In this document: one piece after another, positions 1-9,299 of the stretch
Numbering within the stretch: position 1 is the first letter of the stretch
Layout: every line of letters begins with the position of its first letter
Virus record (IMG/VR): IMGVR_UViG_3300007539_004938
Location: 1-64,000 of that record
DNA: 64,000 nt
Direction: 5' to 3' (one strand)
Origin: a virus
Translations under genes and position numbers: made by a program
The notes under the pieces: model-generated
Databases searched by the model: none
Told to the model about the DNA's origin: nothing
Seen by the model: the letters and a program-made list of their open reading frames with translations, nothing else

Positions 1-693
1 CTGTTACCATATTTCCGCAGAGTTGAGTTTGCTGGTGGTGAGCCACTGATGGATCCTAATCACTATCGCATTTTAGACTTGTTAGCACCATACGGCGAAA
101 ACATTGAAATAAAGTATGCTACAAACGGCACAGTGACGGGTATAAAGGGCGGAAGGACCATACACGACTATTGGCCTAAGTTTAAAAACGTGGTCGTAAA
201 TGTAAGCATAGACGGGCTACACGATGTTTATGAATACATTAGAGGCAATGGTAAGTTTGAAGAAATGGAAGAAAATGTCAAAATTTTTAAGAGCTTTCCC
301 AATGTTAAATATGTTGTAGGTGCTTGCACAGTGCAAGCAGGTAATGTTATGCAACTACCAGATATTATTGATTACTTTTTAAATACCATGGGCATTGTTT
401 TTTATTCACACAGAGTAAACTATCCAAATGTATTGAGTGCTCAGTGTTTGCCTCTAGAATACAAAGAAGTTGTAGTTGATCGATTGACCGCAATGAAAGA
501 GATAGTGCCAAAGTACCCTATTATGGCTGTGGATGATAGATTGTTGCCAATAACACTGCAACAAATACAGGATAATATCAACTTTTTAATGGCTAGAGAC
601 TTGAGCGACAAATGGCCGCAAACACTGGAGTTCAATCACAGACTAGATGCAAGCAGGAATCAAAGAAAGTTTGAGCAGGTATGTTTAGGGTAG
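1..693 (+). CDS. Radical SAM protein, C-terminal part (5' end outside the window); same subtype as the N-terminal-twitch rSAMs
   Basis: Frame 1 is open from base 1 (LLPYFRRVEFAGGEPLMDP...), so the ORF-track start at 49 is internal. Motifs AGGEP, YATNG, VSIDG..YEYIR and C-terminal LD.SRN match 7315..8697, 19228..20511 and 20504..21733. Confidence 0.85.
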   Translation: MLPYFRRVEFAGGEPLMDPNHYRILDLLAPYGENIEIKYATNGTVTGIKGGRTIHDYWPKFKNVVVNVSIDGLHDVYEYIRGNGKFEEMEENVKIFKSFPNVKYVVGACTVQAGNVMQLPDIIDYFLNTMGIVFYSHRVNYPNVLSAQCLPLEYKEVVVDRLTAMKEIVPKYPIMAVDDRLLPITLQQIQDNINFLMARDLSDKWPQTLEFNHRLDASRNQRKFEQVCLG

Positions 694-1577
694 AAAATCG
701 CTGGCCTCATTATGCAGACAGTGTGAAAATAGAATGGAACTTGGGCAAACGCTGCAATCTAGATTGCACATATTGTCCTCCTGAAATACACGACTTGATA
801 AGTCCACACACAAATGCAGGTACACTTTTCAATACTGTTGATGAGATAAGCAAAATACCAAATGCTAGAATCAGCTTCACCGGTGGAGAACCAACTGTGC
901 ATCCTGCTTTCGAAGATTTACTAGAGTATGCAAGACCCAAGATAAAGTGGTTAAGTGTTACAACCAACGGCACAAGGACCACAGAGTTTTATGAACGCAT
1001 ACCTGTAAACTATATTGTGTTCAGTTTACACTTTGAGGATACTCAATGGAGTAAAAGATTAAACAATATTATCAACTTTGCAACTGCAACAGAAAGTTTG
1101 AAGTTTCCAAAGGATTATCATATTGCACTAATGGCACATCAGGATCATATGAGTGATGTCAAAAAAGCAGCAGCATATCTCACTGGACACGAAATACCAT
1201 ACACAGTTAGAAGAATAAGATGGACAGAAAAGCACGATTGGTTTGACGATTTAAAATACAATCAAAATGACTTGGATTGGATAATGCGCAACACTGCAAC
1301 TGCTCAACCCAATACACTGATAGACGAACACGAACTAAAGCACGCCAACGATGTAATAAAAGAACATCTAAATCAGTTCGAAGGATGGAACTGTATGGCA
1401 GGTATAGAAAGCCTAATGATAAACTGGGACGGTGAAGTACACAGAGCCACTTGTAGAGTAGGTGGAAGTTTGGGAAATATATACAATAACACATTCAAAC
1501 TACCAGAGGAGCCTGTTGTTTGCACACGCAAGTGGTGTACTTGTGCCGCAGACATTAATATAACAAAATGGAAGTAG
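681..1577 (+). CDS. Radical SAM protein with C-terminal twitch/SPASM-like Cys cluster (subtype B)
   Basis: CNLDCTYC, FTGGEPT, TTNG; C-terminal WNC...INWDGEV..ATC...LGNI...VCTRKWCTC. Confidence 0.9.
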   Translation: MFRVENRWPHYADSVKIEWNLGKRCNLDCTYCPPEIHDLISPHTNAGTLFNTVDEISKIPNARISFTGGEPTVHPAFEDLLEYARPKIKWLSVTTNGTRTTEFYERIPVNYIVFSLHFEDTQWSKRLNNIINFATATESLKFPKDYHIALMAHQDHMSDVKKAAAYLTGHEIPYTVRRIRWTEKHDWFDDLKYNQNDLDWIMRNTATAQPNTLIDEHELKHANDVIKEHLNQFEGWNCMAGIESLMINWDGEVHRATCRVGGSLGNIYNNTFKLPEEPVVCTRKWCTCAADINITKWK

Positions 1578-2629
1578 AAGCAATAAAACTAGCCAAACCC
1601 GAACCCATGACAGTTACATGGGATATAGGGCGCCGCTGCAACTTTGACTGTACATATTGCGAAAGCGATAGGCACAATACCTACAGTCCGCCTACATTAT
1701 GGGAGGACCTGTTAGAAACATACAACTTTGTTAAAAACTACACAATGATGTATAACCAACCAAATGCAAACATCAACTTCACAGGGGGCGAACCAACTGT
1801 TAATCCCCGCTTTTGGGACTTTGTACAACATATCAAAGACACCAGTGACTTTACTGTTGGACTTACCAGCAATGGCACATGGCCAGAAAAATATATTGAT
1901 ATTATCAAACAAAACATTGTAGGAGTTACGTTAAGTTACCATACTGAAGCAAAACATTTTAGTAAACAACGAACTATAGACAATGCTAAACTACTGAAAG
2001 ACAACAATGTATGGCTAACAGTGAATGTAATGATGCACACCGATCATTGGGACGAGTGTATAGAAACAGTTGACATTTTACAAAAATATGGTATAATAGT
2101 ATTTCCTACTATAATTGGAGACGGTAACTTGGGAACAACAGAGTGGTTCAAAGACAGCGAAGGTGTATTGCGCAGAACAAGTCATCCTTACACGCAACAG
2201 CAACAAGCATGGTTCTTTGATTACCACGGTATAGATGCAAAAACACAAGAACAAATATTAAGTGGTAATCAAATGCCAAGAGGTTGCTGCGGAAATAGAG
2301 ATATATTGGGCAAGTGCAACAACTGTTGGAGTAAAATAAGTGCTGTAAACACAAACTTTGAAGGTTGGTATTGTAGTGTAAACAAACACTTTTTACACAT
2401 AGACCAACACACACAAAAAGTGTATCATCATCAGACTTGCAAAGCCAAGTTTGAAGGCAGAGGTGCAATAGGCAGTTTGCGGAACACAGATGGTATACTC
2501 AACTATGTGCTGGAAAACCAAGGCAGAACCATTGTGTGTCCAAACAGTAGGTGCGGATGTGGCATGTGTGTGCCTAAAGCAAGATCAAGGAGCGAGTATG
2601 AAAGCATTACCAGACCTACCACTGTATGA
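1568..2629 (+). CDS. Radical SAM protein with extended Cys-rich C-terminus (subtype C)
   Basis: CNFDCTYC, FTGGEPT, TSNG; C-terminal GCCG..., WYCSVNKHFLHI, TCK, CPNSRCGCGMCVPKA. Confidence 0.9.
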   Translation: MEVEAIKLAKPEPMTVTWDIGRRCNFDCTYCESDRHNTYSPPTLWEDLLETYNFVKNYTMMYNQPNANINFTGGEPTVNPRFWDFVQHIKDTSDFTVGLTSNGTWPEKYIDIIKQNIVGVTLSYHTEAKHFSKQRTIDNAKLLKDNNVWLTVNVMMHTDHWDECIETVDILQKYGIIVFPTIIGDGNLGTTEWFKDSEGVLRRTSHPYTQQQQAWFFDYHGIDAKTQEQILSGNQMPRGCCGNRDILGKCNNCWSKISAVNTNFEGWYCSVNKHFLHIDQHTQKVYHHQTCKAKFEGRGAIGSLRNTDGILNYVLENQGRTIVCPNSRCGCGMCVPKARSRSEYESITRPTTV

Positions 2630-3287
2630 TCAAGTGACTTGGATATTCCAAGAAAGCAACTTTGATTATATTGAACTGGATTATCCTATGCTTAATATCG
2701 ATCAGTACAAAGCAGAAGCAGAACTTGCTGAAGATTACTATGTGGATCACAGAGACGAAAGCACAGGCGAAGGTTCGCACCAAGGTTGGCAGGCTTGTAC
2801 ACTGTATGGCATAGACACAGACAAAACCAATCACTGGTGGGTTTATGATTATGAACTGCCACCTGCGCACGATTGGACAGAACTAGGAGACTTGTGTCAA
2901 TATATCAAAAACTTTTGGTTGCAGTTTCCTGCAGAGTTTGTTTATAGAAGTAGATTTATGCGACTTGGTGCAGGCGGTATGATAGACACACACAACGACA
3001 ATCCGGGTGACATAGATTTAAGTGCATGGCACACACTGCAAATACCAATCAACACTGCTATCAATCATCCAGCAGGATGTGAGATGCATGTTGAAAACAC
3101 TGTTGTTCCATTTGCCGATGGAAAACAGTTTTTGGTAAACATTTTCAAAGATCACAATGTGCATAATCCAACTGACACAGATAGAATACACAACATTACA
3201 CATGTTATTCCAGGCAGTATGCACACACTATTTGCAAATCTTGTTGTAAGGAGTTATAAGAAGCAATATGATAAAGTATCCGGGTAA
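2598..3287 (+). CDS. Fe(II)/2-oxoglutarate-dependent oxygenase, aspartyl/asparaginyl beta-hydroxylase-like
   Basis: RFMRLGAGGMIDTHND (HxD), then DHNVHN...RIH, a double-stranded beta-helix pattern. Start moved from 2490 to the ATG at 2598 (MKALPDL) to minimise overlap. Confidence 0.7.
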   Translation: MKALPDLPLYDQVTWIFQESNFDYIELDYPMLNIDQYKAEAELAEDYYVDHRDESTGEGSHQGWQACTLYGIDTDKTNHWWVYDYELPPAHDWTELGDLCQYIKNFWLQFPAEFVYRSRFMRLGAGGMIDTHNDNPGDIDLSAWHTLQIPINTAINHPAGCEMHVENTVVPFADGKQFLVNIFKDHNVHNPTDTDRIHNITHVIPGSMHTLFANLVVRSYKKQYDKVSG

Positions 3288-4359
3288 GTTTCACAGCAGA
3301 GAAGACTTTTGTGTTGTTATTGTAGACGATACTCACAAGTACTCTGGCATTACAAAAGAATATGTAAAAAATCAGGCAGACTACACAATACAAAACTGTG
3401 TTGGTATGAACTTTGATGTGTATGTTACAAGAGACGAAGAACAAACATTAAAACAACTACAATATGAAAAAGCAGTTGTTATAAGCCCTGCTACTGAGTT
3501 TTTATACGGCGAGCAGTTTTTTGAAAGTATAAAAGGAGATTATTTCCTATTAGGACATTTATTGGATATGGGAGATGCATTTTATACTTTACATCCTCAA
3601 TGTTACGTAGTAAACTTAAAACTTTTAGAAGTAGAAATAGGACAGGAGCAACATTGCATTCAACACAGACAAGTTATACCAATTAGGACAGAACAAAATA
3701 TTCACGACTGGTATACTCCTTTAGAGATTGAAGCAAGTTGGAAAGTTGGAACTTATAATCATAAACTGCATGGATACAATGCTATCGGAGTTGGGTTACG
3801 ACAGGGATACAAAATTTTATCTTTTAACGAAAAGCAACGTTCTCTGAAAAACTATATATATCCTGATGGAACTGGAATAGATTTCATACACAAACGTCAT
3901 AGATTTGCGTTAACAGAACTAGTTTATAATGAAAACACAGGAAGTGATAATCTACCTATTCATGAACGCACTACTTTAGAAACTGTTGTTTTACCAGCAA
4001 GCGGTAATTTATATGAAAAACTTGGAGACGAAAACACCTTATTTATTTTTTATGATCATAGTCCTACAGCATTAGAAAATATTAAAAGTAAAACAAAGCA
4101 TATTAATGCAGAGTATCATCATATAGATGTTATCGCTGAAACTGATGATTTTATAAAAATAATAGAAAATAGACCTGGACGTTTATATATAGAAATGAGT
4201 AATGTTTTCTGTTTTGAATGCACTACTCCATTTTACAGTTTAGAATATAGAAAGAAAGCAGAAGAAAAACTAATAAGTTTTGCAGATCGATTTGATTATT
4301 GGATACATTTTGATCAACGAGCAGGTGATATTATTGATTTACCTTATTGGCATTACTAA
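3268..4359 (+). CDS. Hypothetical protein (363 aa); C-terminal part weakly resembles a SAM-binding Rossmann fold
   Basis: Long ORF overlapping the upstream stop. FIFYDHSPTAL / YHHIDVI / IEMSNVF strand pattern only; function uncertain. Confidence 0.55.
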   Translation: MIKYPGKFHSREDFCVVIVDDTHKYSGITKEYVKNQADYTIQNCVGMNFDVYVTRDEEQTLKQLQYEKAVVISPATEFLYGEQFFESIKGDYFLLGHLLDMGDAFYTLHPQCYVVNLKLLEVEIGQEQHCIQHRQVIPIRTEQNIHDWYTPLEIEASWKVGTYNHKLHGYNAIGVGLRQGYKILSFNEKQRSLKNYIYPDGTGIDFIHKRHRFALTELVYNENTGSDNLPIHERTTLETVVLPASGNLYEKLGDENTLFIFYDHSPTALENIKSKTKHINAEYHHIDVIAETDDFIKIIENRPGRLYIEMSNVFCFECTTPFYSLEYRKKAEEKLISFADRFDYWIHFDQRAGDIIDLPYWHY

Positions 4360-5392
4360 GTTGTTCACTAGGTGATATTAGTTTATTTCCGCATGTTCTA
4401 GCACAAGTGTATAGTTTGTTTATTGACCAGTATTTTTCCCAAACTGATTGATATTGATCGCTCTCTACTATGTCTATTATGCTAGATTTTAAAACATTTG
4501 TATCACCTAAATCTTTTATAAGCATTTCGTATTGGTTTTCTATGTGTAATCTAATATCATCAAGTTTAGGATTTTCATAAGGTTGGTATGGTATGCTTGC
4601 AAGAAAACAACACGGAAATAAGTTTTTGTGAGCATCAATATATATTTCTTTGCTATGTTTAGCATAACATGTTATAGTTGTGCTATCTACATACTCTTGT
4701 ATATTTTCTAAATCATTATCTGTAAGTTTAATATTAGAACTTAATGAACTAGGATATAAAAAATATTGAAATCGTATTTTTTTATCAAAAACTCCAAAGC
4801 TATCATCAAAAGCAAATCTGCTGCTGTGTTTAACATAAAAATCTTTAAATCCATAAGAACGACTTAAATCTCTTGCTGTTTCAATTTGATGTTCATTGTG
4901 TCTAAATACTAAAAAACTCCATACTGCATTTCCGCCATTTAATATAAAATGTTTTGCATTAGATAAAACTTTTTCATAAGAAGTTCCAATCCTATATATT
5001 GAATGTGTATCCTTTAAACCATCTAAAGAAAAAACTACTTTGTGATTTGTAGGTAAACAGCTAGGTAGACTAGTCCACCAGTCAGCATTATGCATTCCGC
5101 CATTTGTGTGTATTTCAATACTTTTTTGTTTTTGTTTTAGGTATTGTAATATTTTTAATATATCAGGACATATCATAGGATCTCCAAAGTTTCCGCAGAT
5201 ATAAAAGTGTTGAATAAACTTTAGGCTAACATCATCAAATACTTTAATAAAATCATCAATACTCCAGTCACAAATTTTGATTCTACTATTTTCTAATCCG
5301 CCATGCCAGTTACGATCGCACATAGGACAACTTGCTTGACATCTATTGGTAAGTTCTATATGTACAGTTTTGATGTCTTTATAACGAATCAT
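4331..5392 (-). CDS. Radical SAM protein with C-terminal SPASM/twitch-like domain (subtype D)
   Basis: IELTNRCQASCPMC, CGNFGDP in place of GGEP, HTNG, FSLDG; C-terminal ITC...IYIDA...FPCC...TCARTC. Start MIRYK at 5392 preferred over 5422. Confidence 0.9.
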   Translation of the reverse strand: MIRYKDIKTVHIELTNRCQASCPMCDRNWHGGLENSRIKICDWSIDDFIKVFDDVSLKFIQHFYICGNFGDPMICPDILKILQYLKQKQKSIEIHTNGGMHNADWWTSLPSCLPTNHKVVFSLDGLKDTHSIYRIGTSYEKVLSNAKHFILNGGNAVWSFLVFRHNEHQIETARDLSRSYGFKDFYVKHSSRFAFDDSFGVFDKKIRFQYFLYPSSLSSNIKLTDNDLENIQEYVDSTTITCYAKHSKEIYIDAHKNLFPCCFLASIPYQPYENPKLDDIRLHIENQYEMLIKDLGDTNVLKSSIIDIVESDQYQSVWEKYWSINKLYTCARTCGNKLISPSEQLSNANKVNQ

Positions 5393-6401
5393 ACAGTTGT
5401 TTTGTCCTTGCTTTAGGCGCACATATACCGCACCAACATGTTTTCTTTTTGCATATTATAGTGCCAGTGGTACCTAGTCTATCCAATATTTCTTTTGTAT
5501 TATTGAGTGTACCAATAGGTCCTATGCCGCCGTCCCAATTCATTTTACAATCCTTGTTTGTGTACACCATTTTGCTGTGTTGTTGCACATACAAAAAATG
5601 TTTGTCCACACTGCAATGCCAGCCAGCAAAACGATTTTCAACTTTGTCTACAGTGCATCCATCTGAACAAAGTTTTGCTCCACCGCAACAAGCTCTTTTG
5701 TCTCCTAGATCAAATCCCCTTGTTATTATAGACAGCAGTTTCTTGTTTAACTTTGTAGGAGATTCGCCACGCAAGTATTTTACTTGTTCAGCATTGTAGT
5801 TAAATCTAAAATCTAACCAGTGATGATCTATTTCTCGCAAGTGGTAAGGCACCTTTGATTTTTTACACCATTCAACCATTGCAACACACTTTTCCCAATA
5901 TTTTGGATGCATCATGATGTTGACTTGAAACTGTTTTTTATTGGCTTTTAAACCCATTACATTGTGTTTAAAAATTTTAACTTGCTTTGATTCTGTTTCA
6001 GCATGAAATGTTACAGTGTAATAATCTATATACTTCATCATTGTATTCCATAGATTGTTTCCTACAACACCGTTTGTAATAGTACTGACATTAATATTTT
6101 TACCAGAATCTTTTATCCTGTAATGCAAGTGCTGAAATACATTTAAAATGCCAGGTTGGAAGAAACTTTCTCCACCTTGTATGTTAATACCTGCATACTG
6201 TTGCTCTATAGGTTTTGTATCTAGTATTCTACTGGTGTATTCTATAATAAAATCAGCAGTAGTCAAACAATCTTGCCATTCAGGATGATTAGTTTTGTTA
6301 TTATGTCCATCACCGCAATATGAACAATCAAGATTGCATTTAAGAGTAGTTTCCCATTGTACATCAAACATTTTGGGACTAACAGGTTTTAAAATGTCCA
6401 T
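5379..6401 (-). CDS. Radical SAM protein, subtype C (paralogue of 1568..2629)
   Basis: CNLDCSYC, QGGES, ITNG; C-terminal ACCGG, WHCSVDKHFLYV, DCK, CKKKTCWCGICAPKA. Start MDILKP at 6401. Confidence 0.9.
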   Translation of the reverse strand: MDILKPVSPKMFDVQWETTLKCNLDCSYCGDGHNNKTNHPEWQDCLTTADFIIEYTSRILDTKPIEQQYAGINIQGGESFFQPGILNVFQHLHYRIKDSGKNINVSTITNGVVGNNLWNTMMKYIDYYTVTFHAETESKQVKIFKHNVMGLKANKKQFQVNIMMHPKYWEKCVAMVEWCKKSKVPYHLREIDHHWLDFRFNYNAEQVKYLRGESPTKLNKKLLSIITRGFDLGDKRACCGGAKLCSDGCTVDKVENRFAGWHCSVDKHFLYVQQHSKMVYTNKDCKMNWDGGIGPIGTLNNTKEILDRLGTTGTIICKKKTCWCGICAPKARTKQLYDSL

Positions 6402-7318
6402 TTGCTTATTCCCATTTCTCCACTGCAAGTGCATTGTGTTTGTTCACATATCACAGGCTCTGTCCTTGCTGTAAACTTATTTACAAAATCGTCGTCATAA
6501 AAGTTGCAATCATACAAATGCTGTGTGCAGTTGCCGCTGATTACACCTGTTCTAAATATAGTAAAAATATCCAAACCAAGATTGCATTTGAATCCAAAAA
6601 AGTTGTTGTATCCGTTTATGTGAAACCAGTTATCATTGTCTATCTTAACAGTGCTTGAATCGGTTTCTACAAATATTTCAGTGCGCTTTACCCTTGCAGC
6701 ATTAATATACCAATCAATCTCTGGATACCTTTTCACACTTTTACTCAAATATTCTTTCTGTGTATCTGTGTATTCAGCAGAACCTATTACAGGCTTTGCA
6801 ATAACCGTAAACGGATATTTGCTGTTTGTCAACTGTTCAACTATGTGTATACATTTATCAAAGCACAGTGGATTCATCAACACATCTGCATTGCATTCTA
6901 TATTATGTTCGTAAAGCAAATCCAGCAGAGCAATACTGTGTTTGATATTTGTGTATTCGTGATGTATGCTGACATTGACTATGTCAAATATATCTATGTG
7001 CCGTTTCCACCAACCGATACTTTTGCTGCCATTGGTACTGATTTTAAACACTACATCAAACTCTGTTTTTAGCTTATTCATAACAGACGGTAAGTCTTTC
7101 CATATTGTAGGCTCTCCACCAATCAAGTATATCAGCACAGGTTTATTGTAACTGTGCAGCAAATGCCTCAAGTTTTTGTAAAACAGTTGTTCATCAGGCC
7201 AAGGCATAGTGCCGCTGTTACTGTCAGGAAAACAATAACTGCATTTGAAGTTGCAGAGATTGCCCAGCATTATCTCTATCTGAAGTCTGTTTTTAAGATT
7301 GGTTATACGTTTGATCAT
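6389..7318 (-). CDS. Radical SAM protein, subtype B (paralogue of 681..1577)
   Basis: CNFKCSYC, IGGEPT, STNG; C-terminal FKC..., GNC, PVICEQTQCTC...ISKW. Confidence 0.9.
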   Translation of the reverse strand: MIKRITNLKNRLQIEIMLGNLCNFKCSYCFPDSNSGTMPWPDEQLFYKNLRHLLHSYNKPVLIYLIGGEPTIWKDLPSVMNKLKTEFDVVFKISTNGSKSIGWWKRHIDIFDIVNVSIHHEYTNIKHSIALLDLLYEHNIECNADVLMNPLCFDKCIHIVEQLTNSKYPFTVIAKPVIGSAEYTDTQKEYLSKSVKRYPEIDWYINAARVKRTEIFVETDSSTVKIDNDNWFHINGYNNFFGFKCNLGLDIFTIFRTGVISGNCTQHLYDCNFYDDDFVNKFTARTEPVICEQTQCTCSGEMGISKWTF

Positions 7319-8697
7319 AACAAATGTGCAAGTTCAGGAAATACATCCTTAGCATTTACTCCTCTTATTGCATCCAGTTTGTTTACATATTCTTTGAAGC
7401 CTGGCAACAAATGACTGTTGTCCTGTGCATCCATGTGATTTAGTATTGCTTCCCAACGGCGCCAACCATAAGGATTCTGTTCCCAAAACACAGGATCTTT
7501 TGTGTAAAAGTCGTACAAGTAACTTTTGAACTTGGCAAACAAATCTCTTATTTCTGCTTTGTCCTCTTTGGGCAGTATTTGTATACTCATAAATGTTGGA
7601 ATATACAGCAAGTGCATGTTTATCAGTCCACCGCCTGCTCTTACACCTCTGATCATTTCAGTGTTTACTTTGCTGAAGTTTTGTGTGTTTTTCCAATGTA
7701 TAAAATCAGGTAAGTGTTTGATATTAAATATTTGTATAGCAGTGGCAATGCTTGGACGAATGTTGTCAGGTGTGCGATCCAGCATGTGCAAGTTGCGTTC
7801 TACAGTTGCCCAATCAGTTGGATATCTAATGTAGTTGTTTCTTGGTCCAGCAGCATCAATACTTACACCTACTTTTACTAGATCAAAGTGTTTCCAAAGT
7901 TCGATAAGATCCTCGTCTACCAGAATACCGTTGGTGTTGTATCGCAATCTAATGTGCGTATTATGCCCACTGCGTACTATTTCTTCAATAAACTTTTTGT
8001 GCTCTGCAATCATTAATGGTTCGCCACCTGCAAAGTACACTTCCTTCAAGTTGGGTATTTGCTTGTACAACTGTTCCCAGAATATTTCATTTTCATGCCA
8101 CTTGTTGTTGAAAGCAGCTTTGTCCCATTGCATTTGTCGCTTTACTTCAGGATCTTCCAGTTGTGGCTCTAGCACTTTCCAGTCTTTTACCCACTTGCTG
8201 CTGTCATGCGGTGAACACATTACACACTTGATGTTGCAAGTATGCCCTAATCTCAAATCTAGGTATTGCAGTTCGTTTTTGTATGTGCCATCTTGATGTG
8301 TGTTGTTCAACAGTTCTTCTACATCAAGTCCACGCTCCATCCATGTGCCTGTTTCCCACAAGCGTTTGCTAACAACACCTTGTGACTCTTCTGCAAAGCA
8401 CTTGGTACAACTTGCAGGTATAGAACCTTCCATCATGGTTGTGCGTACACTTTTCATATAATCGCTGTTCCACGCTTGCATAGGAGTAACAGTATTGAAG
8501 TTGATAGGATCACCGTTTTGCTGTTTGACTAATCCTACCGTGTGATCTGAACCTGCACCACTAGCATTAGCACTGCAACACAATCGCATGTCTCCGTTGG
8601 GTCTTGTTGCCATGTGTATCCACGGCAATGCACAAAATGTTGGAGTGGTTTTTTCAGCAATAGTGTTTTGCACCATTGCAATCAAGTCTTTGTTCAT
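7315..8697 (-). CDS. Radical SAM protein with N-terminal twitch (auxiliary Fe-S) domain (subtype A)
   Basis: N-terminal FCALPW...NGDMRLCC...SCTKC, then CNIKCVMC, FAGGEP, YNTNG; C-terminal LDAIRG...FPEL. Confidence 0.9.
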   Translation of the reverse strand: MNKDLIAMVQNTIAEKTTPTFCALPWIHMATRPNGDMRLCCSANASGAGSDHTVGLVKQQNGDPINFNTVTPMQAWNSDYMKSVRTTMMEGSIPASCTKCFAEESQGVVSKRLWETGTWMERGLDVEELLNNTHQDGTYKNELQYLDLRLGHTCNIKCVMCSPHDSSKWVKDWKVLEPQLEDPEVKRQMQWDKAAFNNKWHENEIFWEQLYKQIPNLKEVYFAGGEPLMIAEHKKFIEEIVRSGHNTHIRLRYNTNGILVDEDLIELWKHFDLVKVGVSIDAAGPRNNYIRYPTDWATVERNLHMLDRTPDNIRPSIATAIQIFNIKHLPDFIHWKNTQNFSKVNTEMIRGVRAGGGLINMHLLYIPTFMSIQILPKEDKAEIRDLFAKFKSYLYDFYTKDPVFWEQNPYGWRRWEAILNHMDAQDNSHLLPGFKEYVNKLDAIRGVNAKDVFPELAHLL

Positions 8698-9299
8698 TTT
8701 TCTCCAATCAAAAGGAATCGATTGTATAAAGGCAGTTCTAAAGTGTCATGCTGTTTTATATATCTAAGTTTACTATGTTCATAAAAATCTACTACATTGG
8801 CAAAGCATCTAATGTGTTCAGGCAAGTCATAATAGTTATTGCTTTGTAGAACTATTAAACTAGTCGAAGGCACTTTAGATAACCATTTATCATACTGTTC
8901 TTGACTAATATGTTCTGTGCTTGTATTGATAACAACATCAGGATCAAACTCATATTCATATTCACACATATCAGCAGTAATAGCATTAAACTTGCCTAAC
9001 ATTTCTTGTCTTTTACAAATCATATTTGCAGTTTCTACGCAACTTGAATCAATGTCTACACTGCGAATGTCATTTATTTTCATATTGCTGTTAAATAACA
9101 AACTTGCAAGCACGCCATTCCAGCCGCCATGTATTACTATATTGAGAGGTTTGTCGGGTACATGTTTAGATAACTGGTTTACAAGCCATACTTTGCTTTT
9201 GAGTTGTCCTTTCCAAAAACTTTCAAGTACACCAAAGTGATTTTCACTGTTGCGTATTGCATCCATCCAAAATGCTACATCATCTAAATCTACCAGCAT
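8694..9299 (-). CDS. Class I SAM-dependent methyltransferase-like protein
   Basis: IVIHGGWNG (motif I-like), RSVDID (acidic end of strand 2), ITADMC, VVINTSTEH. Confidence 0.65.
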   Translation of the reverse strand: MLVDLDDVAFWMDAIRNSENHFGVLESFWKGQLKSKVWLVNQLSKHVPDKPLNIVIHGGWNGVLASLLFNSNMKINDIRSVDIDSSCVETANMICKRQEMLGKFNAITADMCEYEYEFDPDVVINTSTEHISQEQYDKWLSKVPSTSLIVLQSNNYYDLPEHIRCFANVVDFYEHSKLRYIKQHDTLELPLYNRFLLIGEK

